DNA of 64,000 nt, taken from assembly GCF_964204645.1 (NCBI RefSeq), contig NC_134027.1:22158560-22222559 (forward strand). Reading direction: 5' to 3'. Of this stretch, positions 26,001 through 40,000 are shown one piece after another (the first letter of the stretch is position 1; each line of letters starts with the position of its first letter). The DNA comes from Tubulanus polymorphus (lineage: Eukaryota > Animalia > Nemertea). The notes beneath the pieces were generated by a model. The model saw only the letters and a list, made by a program, of their open reading frames with translations. It was not told the origin of the DNA and searched no databases. Position numbers and translations under genes: made by a program.

Positions 26001-29000
26001 GTACCTTGCTACTTTTTACCAGTTCCCGAGATGGTTATTTTTTTGTTTGATCAAAGTGAATTAATTTTGATCAAGTATGACTATAAGATATGCCATCCAG
26101 CGAGTAGCTGGTAGGACAGGACTGGCATCCCATCACAGTAAACAAAGTTTATGGTTCCACTCACTGTTGATCAAATGCGCCTCATAATAAGGCACCTCTG
26201 CTGGTTTCGATACTTACAGTGATGTGATTACTGGTTGTAATCTTTCCCTCTGGCAATCCTTTCACACTGATTCCCATACGAGGTTCTTGCACTACGTTCA
26301 AATTTGTCCCAATCACCGTCAAATCCAAACCACCGCTATAAAAAACAATCAGATAATCAACCAGATGTACAAGAATCTTTAAGCCGTTAAACATTTTGAA
26401 AAATTTCTTTTTTTGGAAAGTCTAAAAAAAGACTATCAGAAATAGAATCATTTATGAAATCGGTCCCTTCACTTCATTGCGCTCTGTCAATTACGAAACA
26501 ATGTTTAAATTTTCTCTTACCTGAGAAAACTCCTTCTCGGGTAGATATCACTAATCGTAGGATCGTCTTTGAATTCAAACAGTTGTTTAGTGCTAATAAC
26601 CGCGTTGTCTATTTGTACTGTAATACTCATTCCCGAACCGTTCGACTTCTTCTCGGTGGTCGTCGTTTCAGCTGAATCGGTAGTCATTGTCGATTCATCG
26701 GTCGTCGTCGGATCGGAAGTTGTCGATTTGGACAAGATTGCACGGCGCGCCACTTTAGAATGAAACCAAGGATTCGTGACGCATTTTATCTCGAAAGGCA
26801 TGACCCTGGTAAGGAACAGTAAATATTGGTATATAGTCTAAACTTAGTTAAAAGAAAAAAACAGTTGTGGGATCGATTCAACTCTGAATCCAATAGGCGG
26901 TGTTTGTTGGGAGACAAGAGTTGACTGAAGCAACTTGGTTTGCTGTTTGGTTGGTGACTGGAGTGAAATGGCTTGAGGGAGGTTGCTTCACTCAATCAAT
27001 GAATGAGTACCGGCACTGCTACTGCAACAAGTGAAGATTCTATGATGGTCTACCAGTTCGGTTCGGCGGTTGTTACTGCGCTTCAATTTCTTTTACATTT
27101 CAATTATTTCGATTCAACTTTTTCTAATTAGTAAAACTTTTCAGTAGAATCTCTATACTATACGCTGAGTGAGAAAGCGAATCATATCGATTCGATGATT
27201 TGCTTGATGAGATTCGCATTTTGAAGCCTAAAAGTTCGGTTCAAATTTCATTGACGAAAAACTAATTTTCACTACGAATAATAGTGTATTGTTGCGCCAT
27301 CTAGTGTCTGCCACTACCCCATTCAATATCAATCAATGTCATCATCCAGATTGATACCGGGCACAGCCATATTGATTTTAACAAATTGATTGAGACGACA
27401 AACATAACTAAATTGTCAGTTGATTCAGCCAAATGAACACAGCTAATTTCTATTCCTCAGATACAGATATTCTTACTATTTTACTGCTTACCGCCATATT
27501 TTACAGGGAATGTGTCCAATCTTCACGGATAGTTGAGTCCCAATGTGTAAATTCCTACCAGTGATGGTAACATTTGTACCTCCAGACTTCGGTCCCATAA
27601 ACGGTTTTATCGCGTCGATTCTAGGTACCTAAGTAAATTGATGAACAATAAAATTGTAATCATAGAAGATTAACAATCAACATGTACTATAATCAACGAA
27701 TCAATGGTGACAAGGCAATATTTGTCAGGCTACTTCTCCTCTCAAGCCAGAGCACCTGCAGTTGCCAAATCTACCATACACGACCGGGAAAATGTATAGA
27801 ATGTCCTTAGGTAGTTTACATTTTTATGTTAATCATGTTAATCAATGTTAACCCTTTCAGTACGTCTACACCGCAGTGCGGTGTATGAATCAGTGATGGA
27901 TTTTGCTAGTACACCGCACTGCTGTGTATTGTTTTGATTAGTAATTAGTAATTATCTCTCTTGAAAAATGGCAGCACCTGTCAAACATAGTGAAATACTA
28001 GTAACTAACGATACACTGCCCTGCGGTGTAGACACATTATAGTGGTATTCCCATTATTCAACACACTAGGGTGGAATTTTTCAAAATTTTCAAATCATCT
28101 CCAGCACTATAGGATATTAATCAGTCAGCACTGAAAGGGTTAATCAAGCCCCAAGAGATAGCTTTCTATATCTAAGTGACATTACTATATTTTGGTTTCC
28201 AACCATCCTGTGAGTGGGTATTTTGCTATTTGTTGTTATTATTGGGATAAATCCTCGCGAGACTCAAATGACAAGCTATGGCATTTGCGCTAATTCTTAA
28301 CATAATCACCTTGTAGTAGAAAGCTTTCATTCCGCTATCTACTGAACCTTCGATGATATATTTAGTTGTCGTCTGACTTCGATCTACGACCAACATTTCA
28401 ATGTCTCGTTCTAGTTCCATATTTGACCGTCCAGTTATACACAAAACCCTAGAAACGAAGAGACGAATTGCAAAATTCATCATCGAAATAAACCTCGAAA
28501 TAGGGCGCTGACTGCTAATACTAAGCAGGGAATTGTTATCATGAGTTAGAATCCCAGCTTGGTAGCGCGAAGTAAAGCACCAGTATATCATAAGTCCTTA
28601 AGGCAGAGAGCCCATTAGGAAAATAAAGATGATGATATGATGCCATAAGATCTTTACCCACAGGGTTTGAACTGACAACCTCACCTCCCAGAGTTGAATG
28701 CTTTTACCCTTTGCATTCAACTCTGGTACGCCAGGTTGTGGGTTCAGAAACCCCTGAGTAATGGGCAAGAATCTTATAGCATCATCAATGACTCTCTGGC
28801 TTTATGAGTTGTGCATCGAATTAAGCACAGTGATGTGTGTGGTTACTAAGGCTTAGTGTACACAGCATAAACTACACTCTTTTAATGGGAAATGTCACTT
28901 ATTTTTCCCCACTTTTGGGCGTTGCTCCAAAACAAAAAGCCCTTTCTACAGAAACCAAGGTGTTGGTTTCGCGAAACAAACCTTTGTTGTTTCAAAGCAA

Positions 29001-32000
29001 GGCAGGTAGACATTTACTAATATTTTCTAAAATCAGGAACTGCTTCATCAGTACAGTAAGGGAAATGGGTGAGAGGGAGAACTGGGGAGAGGGAGAGGGT
29101 AGGGAAATGTGGGAGAGAAGGGAAACCAGGGAAGAGGTAGAGGGGAATAGGTTAAGAGAGGGGGAAGAGAAACAAGGGCAGAGAGAGGGACAGGAGAAAC
29201 AAGGGAGAGAGGGAGAGGGGAATCAGGAGATAGTGAACAGACGGAAACAGGGGAAAGGGAGAGGAAGGAAGCAGGGAAGAGGGAGAAGGAGAGAAAGATA
29301 AAGGGAATGGGGAAACAGGGGAGTGGGTGATGAGGAAACAGGAGTGGGAAACAGATTCTACGAACAATTCTATGAACTTACATCGATTCGTTGCGTTCGG
29401 CGACTTTACACTTGATTTTTGCGATACGGACCTCGACGTTTGAAGTGGAGATCGCCGGATTACCGAAATCTCGTCCGCGGATGATGATCTGAGTACCACC
29501 TGCCGTCGGTCCTGATGAGGGTGAAAACTGAAAAAAATATCCCATCCATAAGGATTCACAGGCAAAGTTGTCGCTTAAACTGACCAACAAGTCTTTTAAA
29601 ATGCTAGGCCTAAATGAAGGGAACTGAGATTGATGAAATCTGGATAATGCATAAATTCTGAGCCTGACGGTATAAGGCATCCTCGAATTTTTCATCGATT
29701 TTCATGATTTTCACACAATTCGCATAATCGTTCAAACTTTTCGCATCAATCTGATCCCTAAAGCCACAGACACACTGGGCGATTTCGTCGGCCGACGAAC
29801 TCGGTGGAGGTCGCCATTTTGCTATCACGTGAACCGTCGAAGAGCCGTGATTGGCTGGTTAATACGGCGCTCAAGGCGACTGACTGATCGCCGTACCCGG
29901 ACACACTGGGCGATTCAAGCGCTGACGACAGAATCCAACATGTTGGATTCGGGAGATTTCGTCAGCCGACTAAATCGCCAAATGCGATTGCCCGGACACA
30001 CAAGGCGATTTCACCGGCGATTTCGTCAGTCGACGAAATCAGCCGACGAAATCGCCTAGTGTGTCCTCGGCTTAAGAGGAAAAGACAATGCACACCATAT
30101 TGTACAGTATGCTGCCTACGGTAAAACAGGACATATCATATCTTTGAGAAAACATAAATTCCGAAAAATTTCACACATTTCTGATCATTCACAGAAATTC
30201 AACTTTTACGATTATTGCAGTTTTTTTACACGTATCGACAAACGTTATACGTACAGAATCGATGAACGGTGGACACGTATCTTTCGTCCATAGATTCGAA
30301 CATGTGTCACGTTGCGTACATTGACCGTTGCACCAGCCGCAGTTCAATGGATCGGCAGTCGTCACGCATTCGCCGCATTCTTTATAAATGCGACACGAAT
30401 CGACGGGAAATTGAATTATCTGAAAAATGAAGAAACAGAAATCAATAATATTAAGGTCTTCATCACGTTTTTTATCCATTTTCGAGCCAACATGAAAAGA
30501 ACGGAAAATTTTTCATTTTGCATCATGACTGTGCTCTAAACAAAAAGCAACATTCAAGGAACATTGAAATGCTTTTTTTGCGATGAAACAAGAAACATTT
30601 TTTCGATCGCTGCATATAGGCCTGTGCGATGTCTGAATATCAAAACAAGAAACCCTCGTACGCAATATCCAATCAGTGACCACAAGCAGCTCACATGACT
30701 GAGGAACAATGTATTCTTTTTGGATATCATGCGGAACAATTACTACTGTTTTGGGACATTTACTAGGTTTGTTTCCCATGTTTCTTGTTTCGCTATGCGT
30801 GATCGTGGAAACATAAAAACACATCAATGCAAAAATCCTCTGCTCTGTGCGCTTAAGACTGGTTTGGGATAGAATTTATATTTGCCGTGATGCGCATCTC
30901 TGAGTTACTGCATCAGTTAAAAACAAATCTAAGATTGGTAATTAGATGAGTTTATAAAAATTCTAAGACCCACAATTGATTTTTGGTTTTATAACCAAGA
31001 CCGGATTAAGACGGATTTGTACTCAGATCTTAGCACTGACTATGCCAACTGGCATATGCGAATGATTTGGGGGCATTTTTTAGACTTTCTGTTTTTGTCA
31101 TCTACAAACACATTGGAATCTTGATCTTGATAAGTAAAAACTGTGCTATGACCGTGTCCTGCGTATTGGTGATGTGTGTTGGGGACGCAGGGATTACAAC
31201 AGATCTCTTTCTTTAAATGTTATCAACACATAGCCGAATTTTTCGATATTGGGCTTATTTTTACGTTTATGGATGTCGTGACATTTACGTGATAGGATAA
31301 ATAAGATAATCATAACAGGAAGGAAAGCAACAGGAAACAATCCGCAGATTGCCTCTCTGGAAACAGACTATATAAATAACTACTTTCGTTCAATAGTCTA
31401 ATGAAAAAACCTAGAGGATCAGTTACAACAGAAAGGTTAGGCCTTTTTTTAATAGCTTGGTTTACGGGGTAGACCTATTAAAATATCATTTCGGAGGAGG
31501 AATAAAAAACAATTCCCTTAGTGAGATGAAATCCCTTTTTGAAGGAAGAGGGAACTGTCGATAGGGCAATATACATATGTCCATACAAACAATTCTTGGA
31601 AAGTTTGAATTCTGCACATTGCGATCAAAAAGAACCTTGCGTTTTAAAATTTTTTTTCATCATTCATCCTTTTGGCACCTGTGTGGAATTAAGCTGTTCT
31701 GGGCCTAATTTGGCATGGGCCGAAAAAATGCTAGTATGATCGCGGCTTGTTCTGACTCAATTAAATGAACCATTTTCAAAACAACTTTGAAAGATAGCTC
31801 ATTGAATTCAGGTGAAAGGTCAGTACTCAAAGTGATAGTAGGTTTATCAATGAAGTGATCAATACTCTTCAGTAAAGCTACTGTCTGGTAGGAAAGTGTG
31901 CAGTGTCTTTTTTCTCAAGTCAAAATCTAAAATATCGTAAACATGTTTACCAGTTTCGGCCGACAAAAATCTCTATTTCGACAAAGCAAGATATAAAGTA

Positions 32001-35000
32001 GTGCCGAGTGATGCGATCCAAATGTGCAACAAATGGACCAGCGTTTGAGACCAGATGTTTGACATCAGGAAACCATACCGTTTTATGACCCTGATCGTAC
32101 TTGTTACATCCAGGGCTCCCGATCCGGAAGCAGGGTTTTTGTTCCAGGTATAAATCTTTGGCGCCTGTAACTTGTACTTTTGTGAATAGATGAAATAATT
32201 GACTACTAAACGGCCATAAAGGCTTTAAAATGGCACGGTCATTTTCCTTCACAATTTTGAGTTCTATCTCCTCTTCTTCTAAAGAGCCATTTCCGCGGGA
32301 TAAGTCGAAGATGAATACATGAGGTATCGTCAAGAACACGACCCCCTAAAATATTGAAGTTGTTTGTTCGTTTGTTTTGGCTTTATGTCACTTGGATCTT
32401 GGTTTCCCGAGACTACCGGTAACCCTATTGGACTGTCATTTGACCTCACGATGAGACAGCAGTTGAATCATTGCCAGCACTCTGTAAGCAGCCAGCAGGA
32501 CTCGAACTCACTTGTCACTCAGCACTTTATAGAATTACGTATGATTAAAAAATCATTAGATAGCAAGGCCCAATTTAGGGATTTGTACCCGGTGGACCAT
32601 TCCACCCCTTTCAAAATTCAAATGCGCCCCCAAAATGTCTGGAACAATACTTTTAGCAAGGATTATTTCAAAAAGGTGAAAAATAAAATCCGAATGGGCC
32701 CTGATAAGTGTCATAAAACCCCTTTTGTCCAAAATCTACAGTTGAAGGCCAGCAGAACCCCCACCAATATTTCGCACTTGCAGCCCCGCATTGCCAAACA
32801 TGCCATTTTTTAATTAAGTGCCCATTAAACTTTTTTTGGTCCACCCCTTCAAAGAATCCTAGATCTGCCCTTGGATAGCAACCGGCGTAACTTGAAACTC
32901 AATCAATTCAGGATACAGCAACAGTTTATCTGATATAGATGGACATCATGCAACAATCTGCCTCCATAGCACCTTAACCAAACAGCAACTAAAACGCGAA
33001 GAAAAGCATAAGGCTTTTCCATAGTCATTGATTTGGAAAAAAACATTTTCCCGAAACTTGAGTATCATAAATCCACGATTTATCATTTACACAAACAAAT
33101 CAATCGCAATTTCAAAAAGATTTTCATGCACGTTTTTCAGTGCAGCTGAGCAAAATCGGATTTGTTGAGAAAAAAGACGAGTAGAGACAAAGAGCGGTGA
33201 TACTGGTTCATTGACTCTCTTATACCAAAAATACATAAAGAGGATGTATTTTTGCTCATACGGGTATCAGCAGCTGTAAAGGAGGTTTTTATAAAAAGCG
33301 AGGCGCGCTGAGGTTAGAAATCTGGTAACTGTGAAAATGAAACGCCCACCACCACCGCCATCATATCCTGTTCAGAGTTAAAACATGACACATCACACCA
33401 AAACACACCTCTAAACGGTGACCCCCTAATCAGTGTATTCAGTCGAGATTCACATGACTGTGACTGTGCTGTTGATACTGCGTTACAGCATTGTGCGCCT
33501 CTGTAATTCCAGGAATTACTGAAGCAACACAGTACCGTACCAGTACTACACAGCCGATCGCGTTACTGTTATTCTAATAATCATATCGAATATGTTTAGA
33601 GACAAAGTAATGGAACCGTTATTAGGGTTCGGGAATCCGATGAGAATATTTCTTAGCTATGAATCGCAAGAATTTGGGTATAATGCTTTAAAGCCCAAAT
33701 GCCTTCAGGTTGAAAATTAGATTCAGTCATCCCTCTATTTCCCTATTTTCTCAGTAAACCCTGTTAAAACCTCTTTTTTGTCTAACATGCTTCAATATAT
33801 ATATTATTTATATCTGCCATAAAAAGTGTGTTTTTGGCCCCCCTCTTTTGAGTAATTTAGCTATTTACTCGGACAAAATTTGAAACCTTTGTACAACAAA
33901 AGAGTTGTTAACTTCAAGTGCCCTCCTCGCAGCACAGTAACAGTAACAGGATACCCAAAAGTCGTCAGTACACATAAACAAAGTAATTCATACAGTAGTA
34001 CTTAAATTTGGCTACGAAAGTACATTGCAAGGGTAAAATCTAGGCCTGCCGCCAAAACTTGACCCAGGTCAGATATAAGAAGGGAATACGAAATTGATGG
34101 TTGTTGTAAAGCAAGGAGGCCTATCAAACTGGCAGGTGCCCTTCTCAAATACAAATATGTAGATCTGCCCGACCGGGGCTGACTTGCACTTGCTCAGTCA
34201 TAGGTTAGTTATGACCAGCCTAGCCAATCTAACAATTTAAGCCCAATCTTAAGATCTAGACCACTTTGGGACTTATGTCTTGACTATGGAATCGCCCCAC
34301 CCCCGCCACTCAAGTCGTTAGATTGGCTATATAACCAACATGGTTTTCTATCGGTCTCAGATGTAAGTCTTGACGTTGCAACTCGTGTCCTAGCTGAAGC
34401 GCTCTCCTCCGATCCGAGATTTAGTAACCAGGGACCTGATGTTTATCCAACGGGGAAAAAATCTACTAGAGAATTCTACGTATTACATATTTCGCATTTG
34501 ATGTTTATAATAGAGTAAAAGCCCCTGTATTCATATGTGCGCAGCTATCTAGGCCGACCCTGCAATCAAAATACACTAAAAACTACAGCGCGCGCGTACA
34601 CAAAGAGAAAAATAGCCGGATTTAATAGGCGGATCTTCATCTATCAACGGAGTTCACTGATTTATAAACAATATCGCATTTATTAAGTCAGTAAATCTGT
34701 AGTAAATGTTTGGTTGTAGAATATCTAGGCATCATGAAAATACCGTTGCCTGGGCTTGATACTTCGGGCAAAGGGCATTCAGTTGGATTGAAAAGGAATT
34801 TTTTTTTCAGGTAGAAGACTTTATTATCCGGCGCACACGAGGCAATTTTCAGTCGGCTTAACGCTTCTTCTCGGTATTTGTCAGTTTGACAGAGTTGTTC
34901 TAGGCTCATTTAGATTACAGACGAGCCCAGGACCGTGAAAGCTGGCTTATGTCGACAAGCAACGCGATGCCTACCAACTCAACTGGGTTTATCGCTGATT

Positions 35001-36950
35001 AGCGGCAACTAGCGGTTCGACAAAAGCCAGCTTGCGACGGCAACGTGACGCCTACCGACTCGTCGCAAGCCGTATTCGGCTAGTTGCCCATGTTCTACTC
35101 CGGCCTACGGTAGGTGGGCAGTTGCTTTCGATCGCAGCCGACATAAGCTCATCTGCGACGCGACGGAACTGAGCGCAGGGGTTCCAGCTAATGAGAGACC
35201 TTAATACATAGTACAAATTATCACAGCTAGACAGCATCATTCGTAATTAGTCATAAACTTTCAAATTCAAGTAGTTCAAAACGTAAACCAAACCTTCAGC
35301 ACGGCTGAGGACTGGACCGAAGATCTAGAAACGAAATTGGTAGAATTATGGTGTAAGCGGCCATCTTTATAGATGTCGCTAGCACGTTGTATTCAAAACA
35401 GAATCAGAAAGATCAAAGTCTTAAAGAGCTTTTCTAATAGAAATATATTTCCTAATAATTCAAATTTATTCTCAAAATGCTTATCACGTGACCATTTGAG
35501 CCGTTGCAGTTGCTAGTAATCGCAACCGACATAAGCAGGGAAGCAACTGGGAGGATCTCATATCCCGCTAGTCAGCCTCAGTTGCTGCGAATCGGAGCGT
35601 AGTCGACATAAGCTGGGCTGCGATCGCTCTCAGTTGCGTCGGTAGGAGTCGCGTTGCTTGTCGACATAAGCCAGCCTTTAAACAACCGTTGAGCAATCGA
35701 TCGCTTGGTGTCTCCCGTTGCTGCAGGCAAGTGATTCTTTTGTTCTGTTGAGCGAGAATTGCTCGAAAACGTTGCCCGTGCGCGATAGGGTGTAGAATTA
35801 CCTGGTAAGTTGGCAATTGAGGGTATGAGATCAACGACGCAGGCTGATCTTCGGCAGGGCAAGTCGTGACCTCGATGGTAACCGGCCCCTTGTTTTCTAA
35901 CTAATGACTAAACACGTATCTATTTCATTCCCCTGGTGTAAAAACGACGACAACGCACAGCAGTCCCTTAAAACATAAACCAGGGTAGTTTCAACCCAGT
36001 TTCAAAAATGCGAAAACTAAACATTGGCAAACGAGACAAAACAAAAATATATATATTTTTTCCAGCGGACTACCGTGACTGGTTGGTGGCATAGGACTTG
36101 TCGAAAAAGTACCATGCGTAAAGCGAAAGAAATACAGCCAATGCTCGATTATGCATGACTGTTGGATTGACGTCTCGTTGCTGGACACTGGAACATAATT
36201 GCGATTGACAATGAACTAAAGCATTGTCGAATAAAACACTCTTATCCATGTCCACTGTAGATAATAAAAAAGTGCCACGATAAATAGATTTTTATCCGAA
36301 GTCTATTGATATGAAACCGCAACGTTTTTAACTGTTCACTGACGGCCATCATCGGGTGGGATTAAATTTCGTCAGATAGAAAAATCTTTATAGTGGCACT
36401 TTTTCATTCGATGAACTGAATTTTTCAGGATGGCCGCTTTATGGTGAGGAATAAATCCAATCGATTAACACACTCAAGTACGTAAAACATAGACAGAAAC
36501 AGTGTGATCATACACGCCATATAGCGATATGAATATATTTCCCAGACTTATCCCTGATTTTTAACTTTTAAAGAAAAAAAAAAACGAAGAAAATTCCCCG
36601 ATTTTTCCCTGATATCCAGGTAAGTGACCGCCCTGTTTCTGTAATCAGGGATGAGAAATTTGGGCGATAATAGTCGAGGTCCTTCTGTATGAATTTGCCG
36701 GTCGACTGCGAAAAAAAAGCTCCAAGCTCTCTCTTTCACTCTAAAAAGCTGTAAAACGAAATCAAAATCAGACTACGCATAGCGGTGGTTACATGCAGGG
36801 ACTCATGTCGAGGACTCATTATACACGCCGTAATTAACCATAATTCACCCGAACTAGTTGTAAATAACAACTCTTCGACCTTTTGTTGCGCAGATAATAT
36901 GTTGGTCCTCTCGTTCAGGTCATATTTAGCTATGAAATGAATAACTGCTG

Positions 36951-37017
<67 letters not shown>

Positions 37018-40000
37018 GCTCGTGTGTATGATTTGGAACTACTACTTGACCAAATACACGCTTCATTGAGAGATAGAGAGAGATTCATGAGACTCACAAT
37101 AAAAGCGGCACCCGGTAATTTATTTTTTTTAGCGCGGCGCGCGCATACATACACGGCAGCGCATGCTACCAGCATAAAAACAGCTACCAGCATCGTGCAC
37201 ACGCGCCGCTGACTTGTTCCCAGGGTCGTCGCTGGCTGGAAGATGACAAACAACCAAACGGTCAAATTTCATATGATACAAAGGAAAAACTACGAGAATT
37301 AACCTGTTCGAAATTCGACGGGCGTATATAATAGCCGGTGAAATTATCGAATTCGATGAGCAATTTTACGAACGCGTGCGCGTTTTTCATTTCGCGTATT
37401 CAAATTTCTCGTTCATTGCGATTAAATTAATCGCTATCAGCTGCGAAAACGCGAGGAGCGCGCACAAAGGCGAATGACGGCAATCATTTTTCAATTTTCG
37501 AGAATAGTGAGTTCACGGCTGTCGGAACCGAACCCTGGACCGTTTATCCCGACTATTAGCATTCTCAGTATCTTACTGTTGGTAGACATAATAGCAATTT
37601 AATCATTATGTACTACATATTCGTATTCAGTAAAAGTTAAATCTTACTAGCTACAAAACTCAATATGTATAGATTGCATTATTTCAAAATTCTTATATTG
37701 CACTGAAAATACATCAACTCCTTTTACTCCCAAATTGATAATAAAAGTTTTTTCAGATCTAAAAAATCTGTCTTTCAGATCTAAAAAATGATATTTGTAG
37801 TACATGATGCACCCTTGCTCAATATGACGAATTTAGGTTAAAAATCACTTTTTACAAAGAAATATAGTTTTAAAGCAGTGATGAAATATCTATGTACTTA
37901 CGTATGTATTCCTAAATATTGTTGTAAAAAGTTTTATCTAGTTTTCATAGTTTGATAGAAAAGTGACTATGGGGGATTTTTACCAGGGTGGGGGGATTTT
38001 TACTGGAGGATATTTACCTGGGATTTTTGCCTGTTACTCAATATGACATAGTATATACACTTTGTCCCAATGCTCCATAAGATCTGAATTACATAGAGCA
38101 GGGAGCTGGGAGTAACTCCCAGCGTAGAGGAAGAATGTTAGCTCTAAACACCAGGGGCCAGTTGTACGGTCACGACTTGAGTCCAAAAGTGGTCTAAAAT
38201 CTTAAGGCTGGGCTTAAATTGTTAGATTTACTATAGAACTAAGTTGCTCTTAGACTGGTCTTAAGTCTAAGCCATGACTATGCAACCAGCCCCTGGGCCC
38301 AGTTCTAACTGAAGTCCAAAAGTGGTCTTAAGTTATAAGATTGGCTATAAAACTTAGATGGTCTTAGACAAGTCTTACAAATCTCACGACTGAGGAAATG
38401 AGCTCTGGGGCCAGTTGCATAGTCGTGACTTAAGTCCGAAAGTGGTCTTAAATCTTAAGACTGCTTTTAAGTTGTTAGATTGGCTATAGAACCAAGTTGT
38501 TCTTAGACTGGTCTTAATTCTAAGCCATGACTATGCAACCGGACCCTGGATTTTGTTTTGTAGATATGGATTTCGATATCTGGGTGGCCTCTTACAGATC
38601 CTTTATATTGAGCTAGAGGCAATAACACTTCAAACATACTAAACTTTACTGGAGAGCTAGTTTATTCAACTATCTAAATAGACAATGTTTTAACTGAATA
38701 ATCCATTGAAAGCTGAAATGAGGATAAACAAATTTGAAAATTGTGTTCTCTAGAAATGATTACTTCCTCAAGTACTCAATGAGTTTGAAAAGGGGTTTGG
38801 TCAAATACGCGTATCTACATGGAACTCAACGACCGCATGCTCCTATCACAATTTTCTGAAGCCCTTTAGAATAACGACAATTTTTTCAGGCAATTTTCCC
38901 ATCTGCGACTAATACGAACAGCAGACAACTGTCCAAGATTTAAACGTTATGATTCTGTTCAATCTGACCCAGTGCCAGGAAAATGTATCAAAATGCACTG
39001 AAATTTCCCAGATGTGTCCCTGTGGTTTTTCACAGTAGGCTTATGCCTTTTTCACTTAGTCGTGCTGGACTGTCAAAGTGTCTCTGCCCCGGGACTCACC
39101 CATTCATCTAATCATTTTTAGTAGACATCAGTGGCGTTGGAACCGTAGCGACTGCAGCAACGAAAGCCGTGGCAATAATTTACTGAATGACGTGTTTTTT
39201 TCTTTAAAAAAAAAATAAAAAGTAAATTCGCCGCGGCAATATTAGAACCTCTGGAAAAATCGAAAATTGGCCGCGGCAATCAAAAATTGCTTCCAACGCG
39301 CCTGTACATCAGATGAAAATGAGAATGAGTAATTTCACATCACACCCACATTTTGTCGGCGTGGATACTGAGGTTTTTCACTGTAGGCTTTTAATGCCTT
39401 TTTCACTTCGTCGTGCTCGCCTGTTGAAGTGAATTCACCCCTCAATTCACCCATCTGATCATTTTTAGTAGACATCCGATGAAAATAAGAATGAATAATT
39501 ATACATTCCGGTGGTGTCTGTCTGGTGTGTTCAGCGATTTCCTGTTTAGTCGATTTTATCTGCATCTGCGCGGGGGAAATTGAAAACTAAAACCCCTCGA
39601 TGATCGATGTTTGTTTATTATTATGAAATGCTATCTCACTATGTTATACTCGGCAAATTGGTTTCGTGATTTTCAATCAGGTCTTATTTTTATTATACAA
39701 TCATATTCGGCCGTATAATCAAGATTATATCGCATTGTGTTATTATCGAATCAGGCGCAGTTATATCCAGGGCCTCCCCGAGTAGCGTGTGATACACCGG
39801 TTGTATTGTCTGGACTTAATTTCATGTCTCGAGTTTCAATTTGTTAATCGACACCTGGGCCTCCACAGTTTCCCAAATACAGGGGCCACTGCCGAGGGTA
39901 GCGCAACTTATAAAAAGGGCATTTTGAAATAAAAAGGGCATTCTGAAATTTCCAAGCAATTTAAGTCCTGAGACGAAGTGCTTTCTAGCAAATTAATTGC

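Noticed and set aside
28837-29380. 154-aa and 137-aa ORFs
   Set aside because: Produced by the purine-rich low-complexity tract.
36070-36255. Exon-like ORF ([15 protein letters not shown]...) in the MET intron
   Set aside because: Its acceptor is supplied by the Penelope-like tail, the open frame needs phase 1 whereas the intron is phase 0, and the donor is weak.
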